A stretch of DNA of 63,459 nucleotides, filler included, from Salisapilia sapeloensis CBS 127946 (taxonomy: Eukaryota > Protista > Oomycota), in NCBI GenBank assembly GCA_023334545.1. It is 11 parts of 11 records of this genome, joined end to end, with 100 filler letters (N's around TTAATTAATTAA, not from the genome) between each part and the next. Parts side by side here need not be neighbours in the genome. Positions count along the whole stretch, not along the records: positions 1 to 31,775 come from JAADVB010000216.1; positions 31,876 to 39,258 come from JAADVB010000518.1; 9 more parts are not named here. The stretch is one strand, 5' to 3'. Every line of letters starts with the position of its first letter. Positions within the stretch are counted from its first letter, which is position 1. Shown here piece by piece: positions 23,037 through 36,387 of this stretch. A program made the translations under genes and the position numbers. The notes beneath the pieces are model-generated. The model was given only the letters and a program-made list of their open reading frames with translations, was not told the DNA's origin and made no database searches.

Positions 23037-26000
23037 ATGGAGGCGAAGCGTAGTGCCGACAAGGCTGGTCGGACGAATCCAGAACTTCGGCGTCTGGCGA
23101 AATTCTACCAGGCCGATAGACCCCCGAGAAAACGTCTTCGTACGCTCCTCGAGTTCCTACGCACACCTAGTGGCACGAACGACGGTGGGAACATCGCCGT
23201 GGCTGTGACATCCCTCCTCACAGGTACATCCATCTCCCCCAATAAACCTACGACTGTAATAACGTAGGGATGTAGGCGCGAACAAAGACGGGAATGCGTC
23301 TGGCGGGATGACACCGGCAGACTTTTGGGCCGATATGGCGAATAGCGGACTCGTGTTCCAAGTCTTAGATGACTGCGTGACGGAACTCGAGTCGTTCTAT
23401 ACGCCTCATGAGAATGCGTTTCGGAAAGCTCGGAAGAAAAATCTAGAGCAAGAGGATTGGAGTGAAGTGTTTGAAGGCTTAGAAGCGCTCATTCGGAATA
23501 ATACCCAGATTATACATGAAGGATGGAATGCGCTAGGCTTTACGCAATTCTTCTTGAAACTCCTGCGAAGAGATAATCATGCGATTATTAAAAAGTATGC
23601 CTTTCGATGCTTAGCACTCTTTACGGACGCCACGAGAGACTTGAAACAACTTCAGAGCATGCCAACGACACCTTTGCCACCTCCACCACAAGGTGGCGCT
23701 GGCATCGTCCTCGGATCTGAAGGTGACGTCGATAGTGATGAAGAAGATCGAGGCAGTGCACCGATGCGCAAGACCATGCACTTGGAATTACTTCGTGAAA
23801 GCGTCGATTTCTCTCCTTATGGTGGCGGGAATATCCTCCTACCTGATCGTTTCATCAATGAAGGTGTCCACGTCGAAGGATGGATGCGTCCTACACCAAC
23901 ACAAGCAGAAGAACCGGTAGATATGCTCAAGTTCCTCATGGACTTAAGTCTCGAGAAAGAAGACGCGTCCGTCCTTTCGAACAACAAGATTGATCATCGA
24001 GCTCGAGGAGAGCGATTCCTCTTCTGGTGTGAACTTATCATGAAGTTCTACATGCCCATATTGTACCCGAAAGTCTGCATTCGCGTGAAACTCAAGGACG
24101 AAGCAGATAACCTCGGCTTCTTCCATCATTGTCCCGGCAGTTTCCAACGAGTCGTCGCGCGATGGCTCTACAAACTCCGTAGTAAAGACGCGCTACTTGA
24201 GACACTATGGGGCCGTCGTGAGTTCTCGGAAGTCGTGATGGAAACCATTCGACAGCGTTTTGCCTACCGAGACGCTGAACTCGTCCTCGATGCCGTACGT
24301 TTCTACTCTGCTATCTGCAGCGGGAGTCAATACATTCCCAGTGGCATGAAAGCACAGATGAACGAAACGTCTCGTGCTATGATCTCCCACACATCCCAGC
24401 TCTTCCATCCATCCGTCCAACTTGAAGACACAAAAGTCTTGCTGCCATGCATTGAGCTCCTAGAACTCATCTCCCAACGTTCGCTAGATGACTATACATC
24501 CACATACCTTCGTAAGTTTGTCGTTTCGACCATTGATAACTGCATGGTGCTTCGAGAAACAGGGAACACGTACTTGCTCAGCGCCATGCTCTCCGTCGTC
24601 TTCCACGTCTGGATGCACGCAGCTGTTGCGTCGAATGCTGTGAATGCACAGACTTGGATCGAACTCACGGTCTCCGTCCGACGATGGCTCGTCGGCAACG
24701 GCACCTCGAAAGTCGTCGCTATCGAACTCGTGCACTGTTGGAAGCGTGAACTACGCTTCGCTAGCTGCCTCCTCATGTCTCTCCTCGACACGACGCCATC
24801 GGAGATCAAAATGACATCGGAAGGAGCGGAATTAATCGCGACGAATGCCAAGGACTCGAAGACGAAAGACACGCCGGTGAAACAAGGCTACGTCCAATCT
24901 GCTTCGCGCTTCCTTCAGCTCCATGTCGGATCGTCTGAAGACGCGACCTTGTTACTTGACCGTGTTTTGCATTTGATCCCGCCTTCGACTGTTGAAAACT
25001 TACCTCCATACCTTCGTTACATCCTCTTCGAAGGCATGCTACAGCTCTCGGAGCTCTGGATCGACTCTGCAATCTGTTGTGAACGATCGACTGCCACTGC
25101 TCTCCATCGCATCGGTCCATCCACAGTCATCGCACTCTTTGGCGAATGGTTTCTACCTGCTTGTGAAATGGACGCAAGTGACTTTCAACAGTCACGATGT
25201 CTTGCCATTGTGATTCTATGCAAACTCTGTGCCGTACGGAGTCTCAATACACTTACGCACAGCCACGCCGTGATCCTCTCACGCGTTCTCTTTAAAGGCA
25301 TCTCGTCTCCATCCGGTGTCGTTGTTTCGACCGTCCTCCAACGCGCTTCGAAACTCTTTACACTCAACCTCGAAGGCATGAATACGCTCGTGCCACCGTT
25401 TCTCCATGTCATCGATCAGATCATCGTTGGTAAGATCTGGGATCGAGCTGATACTCTCCAAGGACGAGCATCAGAGTGGAGTAAAGAGCTGAATGCATCG
25501 CTTGATATCCTCTTTTCGATCCTATCGCTACCGAAACGCTTTCCTCTCCAAGACTTTGTCAATTGGAGACGAAAGGTACAAGCTGCAATGGGAAACGACG
25601 AGAGCGCGATGACGTTGCTGGATGAAGTACCGGAGACAAGAGATGCTTTCCACGTCATCATCGGAAGAGTCTTGGTTCGTGTCATTGAAATGCCTTTCAC
25701 GGACATTCCGGACATTAAGAAGAAGGCTTTGTGGGGGCTCTACCTTCTCGTCGTCTCTACTCTTACGAACACACACGCGAATGACACGAGTAAAGTGTCC
25801 GACTGGATCTTACGTATCGTTGATGCTTGTTCTTCGTCTGATTTCTCCATCTCTGCAACTGCTTTGAGCGTCTTGCAGGATCTAGCAGACTATCATGATG
25901 ATATACAATGTCTAGAACCTGCTCTCTCCGCACGTATCGTCATGTCGCTCGCTGTCATGGCTCAGCAACAAGTGGAAGAAGCATCGATCGAAGTCCAAAC

Positions 26001-28797
26001 AGCGATCGAATCACTCGATACTTCGGACGTCAAGTCCGATGCCGACGATCCGCCGCCTGCACGACGTACGAACGACGAGAACGATGCTCTGAGTAAACTC
26101 CGTAGTAAGCTCCGGAATAACAGTACGCCGTCAAGTGCATCCACTCCGACGACAGCATCTCCAAAGCCTACAAGCAAGACACAGGACATTCCAGCTTTAC
26201 GTCAGATCGTCCATAAGACCGATAGTATCTTTGAATGCCTTCGTTTCTGGGTCATGCGTCGACCAGACGTGCTGTATGATGCAGACGTGAAGAAACTCTT
26301 GTTCAGTGCGATTGAAGCAGCGCTTCTTGGGACACTCCCGGATGGAGATTGGCAACGACAGGTCGAGAAAGCACGAACGCTAGAGCGTCGAAACTCCCTT
26401 CCGCTCCTCTTCTTAGGTCTACAAATGCGCGAGTCACTTAGTCACAATGCAAGTGCTTCGTGGCTCAAGTACTTTGAAGAAACTGCGATTGCTGCAGAAG
26501 GATTGCTCATGCATCTACTACATCATCTACATAACTTTCCATCTCCTGCCGGTGTCGATCAAATGACGTCCAACTGCGTGGAAGTCGATGAAGAGAAAGC
26601 AGCGACCTTTAGCTTTGTCTTCATGGACTCGTTGATCGTTAGTGTCGTCGGGAGTATTGACGCACCAACTGCGCGTTTCATCGTACGGGACATGACGGGA
26701 CTCTTCTCTTGGGCCATCGCACCTGCCGTCTCGTACGAAACGCGGACGCAGGAGAAGACGGAGGTGAAGAAGAGTACTCGCCCGGACGCTGTCTCGAGTC
26801 TGCATACACCTGAAGCGTCTGTCCGACTCGACTTTGTTCATGCAAAGGATGGGAGCAACGTCTGTCGAGAATGTCAAGGCGATCGAACGACGAACGTCAA
26901 GGGAGGACAGGCAAAAGTCGTGACGAAGCAGACGCCGATCGACAAGGAGAAACGGATTCTAGATAATAGTATATGTAGTACCAAGAGTAGCTATGCGTTC
27001 CATGATACACCAAAGACAGAGGAGGAGGCGGAGAAGGAACCAGAGACGTGTGTCTGTCGACTCCCGACGGAGCCGATTACGACTGTCTGTGGTCTCTTTG
27101 ACATGGACCTGTCGGAAAGCAACGTCGGGAACTTGGATGGCGAACGAGGGCTACTCGATCTACTTCTAGACAGCGTCCCGATGGTCTATCGCGATTGTGG
27201 CGGCGATACAACCGATAAGACGCTGCTCGGAGGTCGATACTCGCTCCTAAAGTACAACTGGATGGACTTGCAGCCTTCTAGTAGTCCCACGTCTATCGAT
27301 TCAACAGACGTGCCTGGTTTCTCCTTCCTCCAACGTCTTGTGCATGATGAAGAATGCTACGCACAGCTCAAGAGTTTCCTCTTGAAAGACGCGACGGATG
27401 AACAGAAAGATGTCGTCGAATTCATTGATGGTGTCAAGAAGTTTGAGCGCTCGACCATCGCGACAGATCGACTTGGACAAGCGAGTGTCATGTTCTGGGA
27501 ATTCTTTAGTGCAGAAGGAGCGAAATCGATCTTCTTCCCACGTGCAATTGCATCGGACATTCGAGAGAAGATGCGACAAGCGAAGAAGACTTTGGATTAT
27601 GACCAAGTGGAAACTTTCGCACTCGAAGGTGCTTTGTTCCAACATGCCATGGCACATATCGAGCAAGAGTTCTTTGAAAAGAAAGGATGGCTAGACAAGT
27701 TTGTAGAACAATTAGACTCGAACGCTAGTGGCTCGCGAGAAAGCATGTCGAGCGTACCGCCACAGCTCTCTCTCTTTGATAACTTTTCCGTCATGGAGCT
27801 TAATGCTCGTATCGTACAGCTAGCACTTAGTCACTTGAATAGCGACGACCAGCATCCAGCCATCGCACCGTCCTACTCTTCAGAGTCACTCTTTGGGAGC
27901 AAGGAAGGACAGACGGGGAGAGTCAACTCGCTCGATATGTGTAGACTCTTCCTGTCGCAAACCGGGATGCTGCCTGCTCCTGACGGCGATGCCAAGCACC
28001 GGAAGAAACTCAAACTTCTCGAGAGTGGTGCGAGGCTCGATCGGTCGCTCGCGCACTTGGATAAGAGTCCGACGAGAGAGACGATGAAGATTGGCGTCAT
28101 CTACGTCGATAAGCAACAGACGACGCAGCAGGAGATACTGCAGAATGATTGCGGAAGTAGGGCGTATGCCAAGTTCCTCACGCGACTCGGATGGGACGTG
28201 GATCTGTTAACCCATCGAGGGTTTGCTGGCGGGTTAGACTGTAACCCTTCGAGTCTCTCGAACGGACAGCACGCTCTGTACTATGCCGACTCGCACTCGG
28301 AAGTCGTCTTCCACGTCGTCACCAAGATGCCGACCAAGGCTGGAGACCTTCAGCAGATCGATAAGAAGAGACATGTCGGGAATGACTACGTCCACGTCGT
28401 CTGGAGCGACAATGTCGCCCATGCGTACAACCCCGCGACGATCACAAGTCACTTTAACGACGTCCAGATCGTCATCTACCCTCTTCGTCGAGCGCAAAAG
28501 GGGCTTTATCTCATCCACATTTACTCGAAAGACAAGGTCCCGAGCTTTGGGCCGCTCCAGTCTGGCATGGTCGTCCACGAGACGGACCTCGCCCGACTCG
28601 TTCGACAGACTGCCATGAATGCCAATCGAGTCTGTCGGTCGCAAACAAACATCTATACGCGACCGTATCCGACGCGAAAGAAGCTCGTGAATGAGATTAT
28701 GGAAAGATACGCCGTCGAGTACAAGGAGAGCGAGTTGCTGACATCCTTGTTCAGTAATGAAAGTGCCATGGCTGCGTCGGGAGCAAGTAACGAGTAG
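23037..28797 (+). CDS. RalGAP-alpha/tuberin-like Rap/Ran-GAP protein with internal RGS domain (2 exons)
   Basis: Exon 1 (23037-23223) splices in frame through intron 23224-23275 into the 1829-aa ORF. The N-terminus resembles RalGAPA (IHEGW..LG..Q..LKLL..DN...K). C-terminal RapGAP domain has KIGVIYV, EVVFHVVT and KKRHVGND. Confidence 0.85.
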
Positions 28798-28891
28798 AGA
28801 AATGCGTTTGACAGTTGTGTTGTCCAAGGTCTGGGAGAATTTACTTTTCTTTTACTTTTTGCATAAACCAAATCAATTTGGAAGGTACTTT

Positions 28892-30257
28892 TTACATGTA
28901 GAGCTTTGATCGGAGCGTCTCGATCTCCGTTTGCATCGCGTCTGTTAGCTGAGACCACTTTTCCATCTCTTGTGTACTCACGTCGCTCAGTTCATTTACG
29001 TAGGCTTCTAGTGATGCATGCTCTTGACGTAACTTTGTACGTTCTTGAAGGAGCTGGTAGATCATCTGATCTTTTACTTTTAATACTGTCTCCAGCTCTT
29101 CTGTCCGATTGTTCTCTGGATGGGAAGCTTGTTCGACTACAGGTGACGAGACATTTGGAGATGCTATGACGCCGCTCTTGGCTGTGGAAAAGTCGTACTC
29201 ACGAAGAGCGATGGCGCGACCTCGTTCTTGCATATTTTCGACTTCACATAAAGTCTGCTTGACCTCTGCCACTGCCGGAGCTGTGTCGTCTAGATACATT
29301 GATGTGAGTTACCGCGTTAGAGATGGATGGATAGTAGACGGACCTAAATGATGTCGAAGCCTAGATCGAAGGAATTGATGGATTTCATCGATCTCATCCA
29401 TATCGCTCTCGAGAGACTCGTATTCTCGCAATGACTTAGACCACGACTTGCCACTCTCGCGCTGATTGCCTAGTGCTCTGTCATTCAAAAGACTGTCACG
29501 TCGACTACTAAGCTGTCACCACACCATAAGCTACCGGTTTCCATCACTATAAACATACAAAGAAACTTACAGCATGCTCGATCTTCTGTCGCTGAGGCTC
29601 CAACTCATTCCGACACAACTGACGAAGTTGCCACAGCTCTGTCTGTAGCTTACTTTTCAAGGACTTGAGCGATTCCTCAGGCACCTCCATCTCTCTAGTA
29701 ACCGGTGGCGTACTATCTATTTCTTCTTTTCCTCCTACTTCATCATCCGAGGCACGAGCACTGACAAAAGCTTCGTTCAGATAATCCATAAACGCCGATA
29801 ATTGCGGCTGAAAGTCATTATAGAATGTCTGAAATTCCTGGAGACTCAACGTTCCCGTCCGATCGACATCATACCGCTCGAACAATTGTCCAGCCTCAAA
29901 CTCCGAGTTCGCATCCGCTCGAGCATACCCAAGCGGCACACCGTTCGAATCCGTAAGTGACAATGGCTGTCGAGTCTTATATCGAGCTTCCTGCCACTTT
30001 GGATGCGCATAGTCTCGTAGTAAGCACAAAAAGTTCTGACGCGTAAGCTGTCCGACTCGATCTCGATCATATCGTCGAAGCAACTGAGCTGCTTCAGGAT
30101 GAACTAGAGGCAAAGAACTCTCCTTTCCAACATTCTCTTCAGGGGTTTTATCACTCTTCGACTTCGATTTACTCTCTCGCTTTGACTTTCGACTCTCATC
30201 CTTCTTCTTTCCTCCCGACTTTTTCTCCTTTCGCACTTTCGAAGTCTCCTTTGGCAT
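28892..30257 (-). CDS. EF-hand and coiled-coil protein (multi-exon)
   Basis: Two EF-hand-like loops (YDRDRVGQLTRQNF, YDVDRTGTLSLQEF), a middle exon (LREYESLESDMDEIDEIHQFL) and a coiled-coil last exon. Exact junctions are uncertain. Confidence 0.6.
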
Positions 30258-30382
30258 ACTTGTCGACGTACGTGCCACGTCCGACTTTTCAACTTGAAAC
30301 GGATACAAGGAAAGGAACAAAGTAGCGTTTATAAATGCCAAAAGAGTATTCCAATCCGACATGCATATCTAGTACATCTCCA

Positions 30383-31238
30383 TTACGAAACCTCAAACGC
30401 AGCATTCGTCCGCCATGATGCCAATTCTTCTACTTCCATCGGCTTTAGTAGTCGTGGGCGAGCTGGACGATGACAACGACGTAGCCATGCATTCACGAGC
30501 ATCGGTGGCTGCCGTCTTGAGCCTACATGCGTCGCGACGCCCCAGCCGATGATGACGCCGACGACGACCCCTGCCAAGATCTGCATCGGCCGCAGCCACG
30601 TCTCGTCCTCCTGCTTCCGTTTCTGATGCTGTCGAGAGGAAGGATAGCTACTCGTATTCGCAGCTGCTAGTTTACGTAAGATCATGGAGCTCTCTCGAGA
30701 GATATCGACTAGAGGTGAAGGAGCGAGGACTCGAGGCAAGCTCGAGACTGGAGAGTCTGCTTGGGAGGTAGGCGAGTGGTCGTCTGTGTCGCCACTAGAC
30801 CATGACCGACGGTGCTGAGGCTGCACAACAGAGGCTCCGTGTTCAGCTACTTCTTCTTCCAACATGACCGAGCTGAGCATATCCCAATCACCAGTTTCAC
30901 CTATTAGCATGCTGTCTTAGCTCCTTTTCCATGCACTAAAGGATGATTTCGTACGGTTACTAGTATCAATAGGTGCTCGGTCTAACTCATTCAGCCATTG
31001 CGTAGCTTGCGGACTATCGATTTGACCCAATACACGCCGCAATAAGCTGCACATCCATCGTCACATGAGCACGTCATATCGAGTTATCAGGTACACTCGA
31101 CACATACTGCTCACTCCGAGACGCCCTCGCAGTCGCAGTTCTCGCTCGATTCTGTGCCAACACTAGAGCCTCTCCAACTCGTCTCAAAGCCTGCATATCC
31201 ATCTCCGAGTATGCACGTACATCCTGCCTCGACTGCAT
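30383..31238 (-). CDS. Hypothetical single-pass membrane protein (probably spliced)
   Basis: ORF 30383-30910 has one TM segment (ILAGVVVGVIIGWGVA). A possible upstream exon MQSRQDV...SEQ ends at a GTATGT donor. Confidence 0.35.
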
Positions 31239-31439
31239 CCTCTCGAGACGTAAGAACGCTTCTATTCCCTTCCACAAAACTCTCTTCTCTCACATCATAC
31301 AAACTTCCTCATAAACTCCAAACCCCTACAAACACCAAGTACTCCAGATTAAAACCACAGAATATGTTGTACATAAGGAGGTGGAAACCTTCTAGACTTG
31401 ATCATTGTATACGAATCAAATCCGAACGTCGAGTCAACA

Positions 31440-31453
31440 CCATTTTGGAATTT
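31440..31453 (+). promoter_or_regulatory. Oomycete INR+FPR core promoter upstream of catalase
   Basis: CCATTTTGGAATTT fits YCATTYBNNNWTTY, 31 nt before ATG 31485. Confidence 0.6.
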
Positions 31454-31484
31454 GACCGCCGGAACGCAGATTGAAGCTAACAAG

Positions 31485-31775
31485 ATGCCGAAGAAGGAGA
31501 CGTTAACGACGAGTAACGGTGCGCCTATGCCCAAGGACGGACTCACGGCCACTGCGACGGCTGGTAGCAAGGGCCCTGCCTTGCTGCAAGACTTTGCCTT
31601 TATCGACCAGATTTCCCACTTTGATCGGGAGCGTATCCCGGAGCGCGTGGTGCATGCCAAGGGCGCCGGTGCCTTTGGGTACTTTGAAGTGACGCACGAC
31701 GGCATCCAGGACTACTGCAAGGCCAAGATGTTTGCTCAGAAGGGCAAGCGTACGCCGGTTGCCATGCGATTCTCG
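31485..31775 (+). CDS. CAT: Catalase, N-terminal part (truncated by contig end)
   Basis: [40 protein letters not shown] and TPVAMRFS. Confidence 0.95.
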
Positions 31776-31875
31776 NNNNNNNNNNNNNNNNNNNNNNNNN
31801 NNNNNNNNNNNNNNNNNNNTTAATTAATTAANNNNNNNNNNNNNNNNNNNNNNNNNNNNNNNNNNNNNNNNNNNN
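31776..31875. other. Artificial contig spacer
   Basis: 44 N + TTAATTAATTAA (stops in all six frames) + 44 N. Confidence 0.99.
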
Positions 31876-32849
31876 AATCCCATGTTGCTACTGATGCCAG
31901 TAACAGCGATTAATGTAGCTTTTTACTCTGTATTTGTGAGAGGTTTTTAGAAAGATCGACAATTGATAATTGCCCGCTCAATTCTGCTCTAGCAATAGAT
32001 GAACTTGCTGTTTGGTAACGCAGTGTATCCGCTAGTCGAAGGTGTGGCCTGAAGAGTTTGCATGTTTATGTCATATCAAAGTTTGTACAAATAGCCTAAA
32101 ATAGGCGCTCTGCATGTCATAGTGACAGTATTCTCGCATTGCATCCTCCTTCGTGTACAAGGATCTATCTTATGCCTCCTCTGCTCTCTTAACTCGCTCT
32201 TTAGAAAGTAAATCATGTCTTCGCATCATCCCGGTCAGATCTATTGTGCTTAGATATAGGTATAGTCGGTGTTTTCTCAGTCCAAGCCGAGAGTGTTTCG
32301 TACACAGAAGGCTATGATTTTTATACCGACATGGATATCTAGAAATAGAAAGTTGAACTAGGTTAATATGTAGCAGCCGATAGAGAGAAACCCAGATGCC
32401 CCTATCGAAGTGGATACACGAAGGGATCTCGCACGGAAGTTCTCACTTCTTAATCTGCTACACGGTGAACGCTTGGCCTCTGATCAAGGGATCAAGGATA
32501 AACAACAACTAAGGACTATCAAAGAAGACTATTATCAACCAACTTTAATTTGCATCTCTTACTCTCTAATTGACCCACCTCTTGAGCACAAAAGCACCCT
32601 GCGCTACTTGATCAAATCCAAGTTTAGTACAAGAGAAGGAAGTGAAGTCACACCTTTTTTCCTGTTCTTAATTCTTATTATAGAATTATATTCAGCATAT
32701 TACCCTCACTTTGATCTTGCATCTCATAAACGAAGATGTAAGAGGATTGCTTTCTTCAAAGATTGGTTTTTATTGAAAATTAATCTTGAGGTAAGAGGAT
32801 TGTTCATACTTCTCTGGACCATCGATCATAATATTTTACGCATATGGCA

Positions 32850-35778
32850 CCGTCTCACAAACCATATAATTGTATCAAGTAAATTGCGATAAAAATGAAC
32901 GACAAAATTAATATAGGAAACAATGAAATAGTTTCAGGGCTAGAAATGGTGAGTGCATCTTTAACGAACAAGCTCCCGTAGCTAACTGAATTAAACTTCT
33001 TTGTGCGGAGGAATAATAATTAGCTAGCAAAGATGCCGCTACGATCACAATAGTTCAGTGTAGAGACATCCATGATCAAATCTATTTTCTTGCTTAGTAT
33101 GAAGAAACAAAAGATGAATGCTAGCAAGTTATATTGCTGCATCGAAAAGCGTTTTGATATTCCATCTTTTAAATACAAATTTATGTTGCTTCTATACGAC
33201 CAGCGTACACGACATTTTGTTTTGCATCTTGATGCGGTTTTGCAGCACACCAAGCGCTTCCCCCACAACCATTTCCATCTTCCTTACCATCTTACCTATT
33301 GTTCGTTCATATCTACCCTGCCCAATTGAAAATACAGCAGCAAGAGCAAAACAGATCCGTATTTCTTTCTTTTTTGCATAGGCCAGTCAGTTCACCGTCC
33401 TTGGGGTCCATTTTATTATCCCATGTCGAAGCTTCCGGCAGCCTTGCACACATCCTCAAGGAAGACTTATACTTTCATCATGTTCTTAAAAAAAGGAATC
33501 TGATTATCTTTGGGATCTTGTGTGAGCTTAATTTTGCTACTATCCTCACCACGAATGCCACCATTGGTTTGGCTCGGACTAGGTTCCACGTTGACTTGGA
33601 AAGGTGTCGTATCAAAACTCATCCAGGGAATTGTTGGGCAGAGCTGGAATTTGCCATTGTGGATATGTTTTTTGCTTCAAGTAGACGAACGGTCAGATGT
33701 ACACAGAGTTACGGAATCTGTAGCTCGTCTGGTGCTGAGACCGTATGATAGCTTTAGCACGCAAGGAATCATCCATAAAGACATCAATCCCGTTGCGTTC
33801 ACAACTCTGCCAGAACTTACCAAGTGAGATACTATTGCTTCTAGTTCGAAGACATAGCATCACAAATGCCTTTACGAAGCTAATTAAAAGCGAGTACAAG
33901 ATGACGTAGGCAATCACCTTAGGCAAAGTTACGAAGAAGATACTCATGAGCTCTTAATTAAAGGAAGCATCGCCATATCTGCCCATAGACAAACTAATGC
34001 TGTGGGAAAAAGTTCAGGTGTAGTCGCAGCTTCATTACGGCTGCCATCAAGGTATATTTAACGGCATGAATGTTCATCAAAGCACCGTACGGTGTCTAAA
34101 CAGCTACCGTAGTCGCGATGATAGCCTCAAATGCTGTGATGTACGTAATTTCTGTAATTAAGGCGGTAAGACGTTCCTTTAGTAAGAACACAGTGTACTG
34201 CCAAATGAAGTTGATGATGATAACGCTCACTGGCCAGATGTGCAATGTACTTGAAATCACACTGGTGATCTGGAACCAGTCGATGAACCACATCAGGATG
34301 TTCGTGTTGGAGCTGATGTAGTTCCAAGAAAGGTAGGTTTTGACAATAAAAAGCGCAGACAACAGTTTGCTGTGGAAGGAGATACTACCAAGATTTGCAT
34401 ATAAGAACACTCGAGACAATTCATTTTTCTTCTTCTTATTTGCTTCATTTGCGCTTTCACCAGCTTTACCTGAGGTAGTTGCGGTAGTTGCGTTGCTAGC
34501 GCCATTGCGTTTGAAATTTCCGATGCCGGAAGCTGAAACACCATACTTTACGTTCTTACGCATGCCTAAAACTAAAGGTCACACAATTCCGTAGGCGAAT
34601 GTGCAAGAGACACCAATGTTGATGTAGACAATGATGGTCTCAATGAAAAGCAACAAGTATTACAGATCGCCAGTCATTTCGACATCTCCATCGCCTATAT
34701 GGTAGATGGTAGTCCTTTCAACTTTTTCCGGCACTCGTCTATCGATCGTATAGCGAGTATCCGTGCGCACGTCGCTTTAAATGTACGAGCTACCAATATG
34801 AAAGAAATTGGTATGCTGCCAATATGATAGAGCTTCTGACATCATCCAGCGGAAGTAGACACCCATGCGCTTATTAATGTACAGCTTAATGGAATCATTA
34901 TCGGTGGCGTCTGGCCAAATACACATGAACCTCGTCATCACCTTTCGTTCGACTATTTCGCCCTCGGCAGGATGATCAATAAGGTTTCTGGAAAGCACAT
35001 ATTCCCACACATCTCTACGTGTTCCAAACTTGGCGCTATTGTTACAAGACAGCTCTAAAAGTTCCTCAGCATCTTCCTCTTTGGTGATGTTAAGTTCCCG
35101 AAGCATCTGACGCTCTAAGATATTCCAAGTAGTGGTATAAATCTCTGACGTTAATGTCTTCACGAGCACCAGATGATAAAGAGCATCGCTGGCCAATCCA
35201 GCGGCCTATACCAAAGATCCAACGTTGCCGGGTGGAAGCATATCTACTTCACTATCCAAAGAATGTTTACCATTATGAAGTCCTTCCCGACAGAGGACAC
35301 GTGAATAGGCACGCCTGTTTACTTGGAGACTTTTAACAAAGTGCATCACAAAACAATTGCGTTCCACATATTAGTAGGCACGAATCTGGTGCCATTTAGC
35401 AGACGTAGCACGTCCATCAAGTCAATCTCCGTGGCTTGTTCGACAAAATAAACGTTAACGACATGCTTTTCCCTGGGCCAGTCATCATAATTTTGTACTG
35501 CAGATCCTTGGCATCCGTGAATGCAAGGAATACTGCAAACAAGATCAATAAGACGATGCTCTCGCTCTTTTTCCGAGAGCCATGTTGGTAGTCTAAAAAA
35601 CTAAGACCGTCCTGGGGAGGCTTTGTCGTTCTAAAACAGAAATTGGGACGTGCGGCAAGCTCAATAGATCTAGTGACTGGGGAGTTTTATCAGTACCACG
35701 CACCGTAGGTAAAATGGCTTTTGCTATGAAGTGCATCAGAAACTGCAAAGGCTTATTGTCGAAAATAGATTTAGGCAT
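32850..35778 (-). pseudogene. Decayed coding region: protein-like and membrane-protein-like segments broken by stops
   Basis: Hydrophobic and protein-like stretches lie in frame across stops, e.g. YLLLFIETIIVYINIGVSCTFAYGIV*PLVLGMRKN and the 34096-34563 and 34777-35196 ORFs. AT-rich; no family recognised. Confidence 0.35.
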
Positions 35779-36387
35779 ATGCTAAAGTCTAGCAGCTGAG
35801 AGGGTAGACAGCGAATATAAGAATGCACAGATGAGCTTCCTAATAGCTTGTGTCCAAAAGCTGACGGCATGAGTAGTAAAGCTGCTGTTTCAATTACCTT
35901 GTAGATACGACAAGTGAATGCATATAAAAGGGAAATTAGAATCCTTGATTATATACTATCCATTGGTCTGGATGAGATTTTTCTACCGAGCACGACGTCG
36001 GGCGTAGATAGCAGACTAAGCTCATCGATTCAATGCAAAGCTATCTTCTTCCAAACATCAGCACACCTATCTAATATTCTTACATCAATATCAACTATAA
36101 AGCCTAATAAAAATCTAATCTATCATCCATCACTGCGTGCTTCGATCAGGATATGCTTTGCTAGTAATAGCATGCATCTATTTGTGGATATGTAAATTGT
36201 ATGAACAAAATGTGCCAGACATAAAACAAGGCAAAGTACATGCAAATGTCTTTGTATTCATTATAGTCGTAAAAGTAACTCTTAAATGTGCGTCTTGCCA
36301 ATAAAGCGTAAAGTCCCGTTCGTATAGCCTTCATCGCCTCGTAGTCGCTTTTTCGCGGGCCTTTCAAGAAACGGACAATCACACTTC

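Noticed and set aside
22882-23166. Minus-strand ORF with FHYGPVKHNLVVVD, faintly like ribosomal protein L14e
   Set aside because: The similarity is too short, and the region is better explained by the two divergent first exons.
31820-31831. TTAATTAATTAA recurring ten times
   Set aside because: Always centred in 44+44 Ns. It is an artificial six-frame stop linker, not a biological repeat or a CRISPR array.
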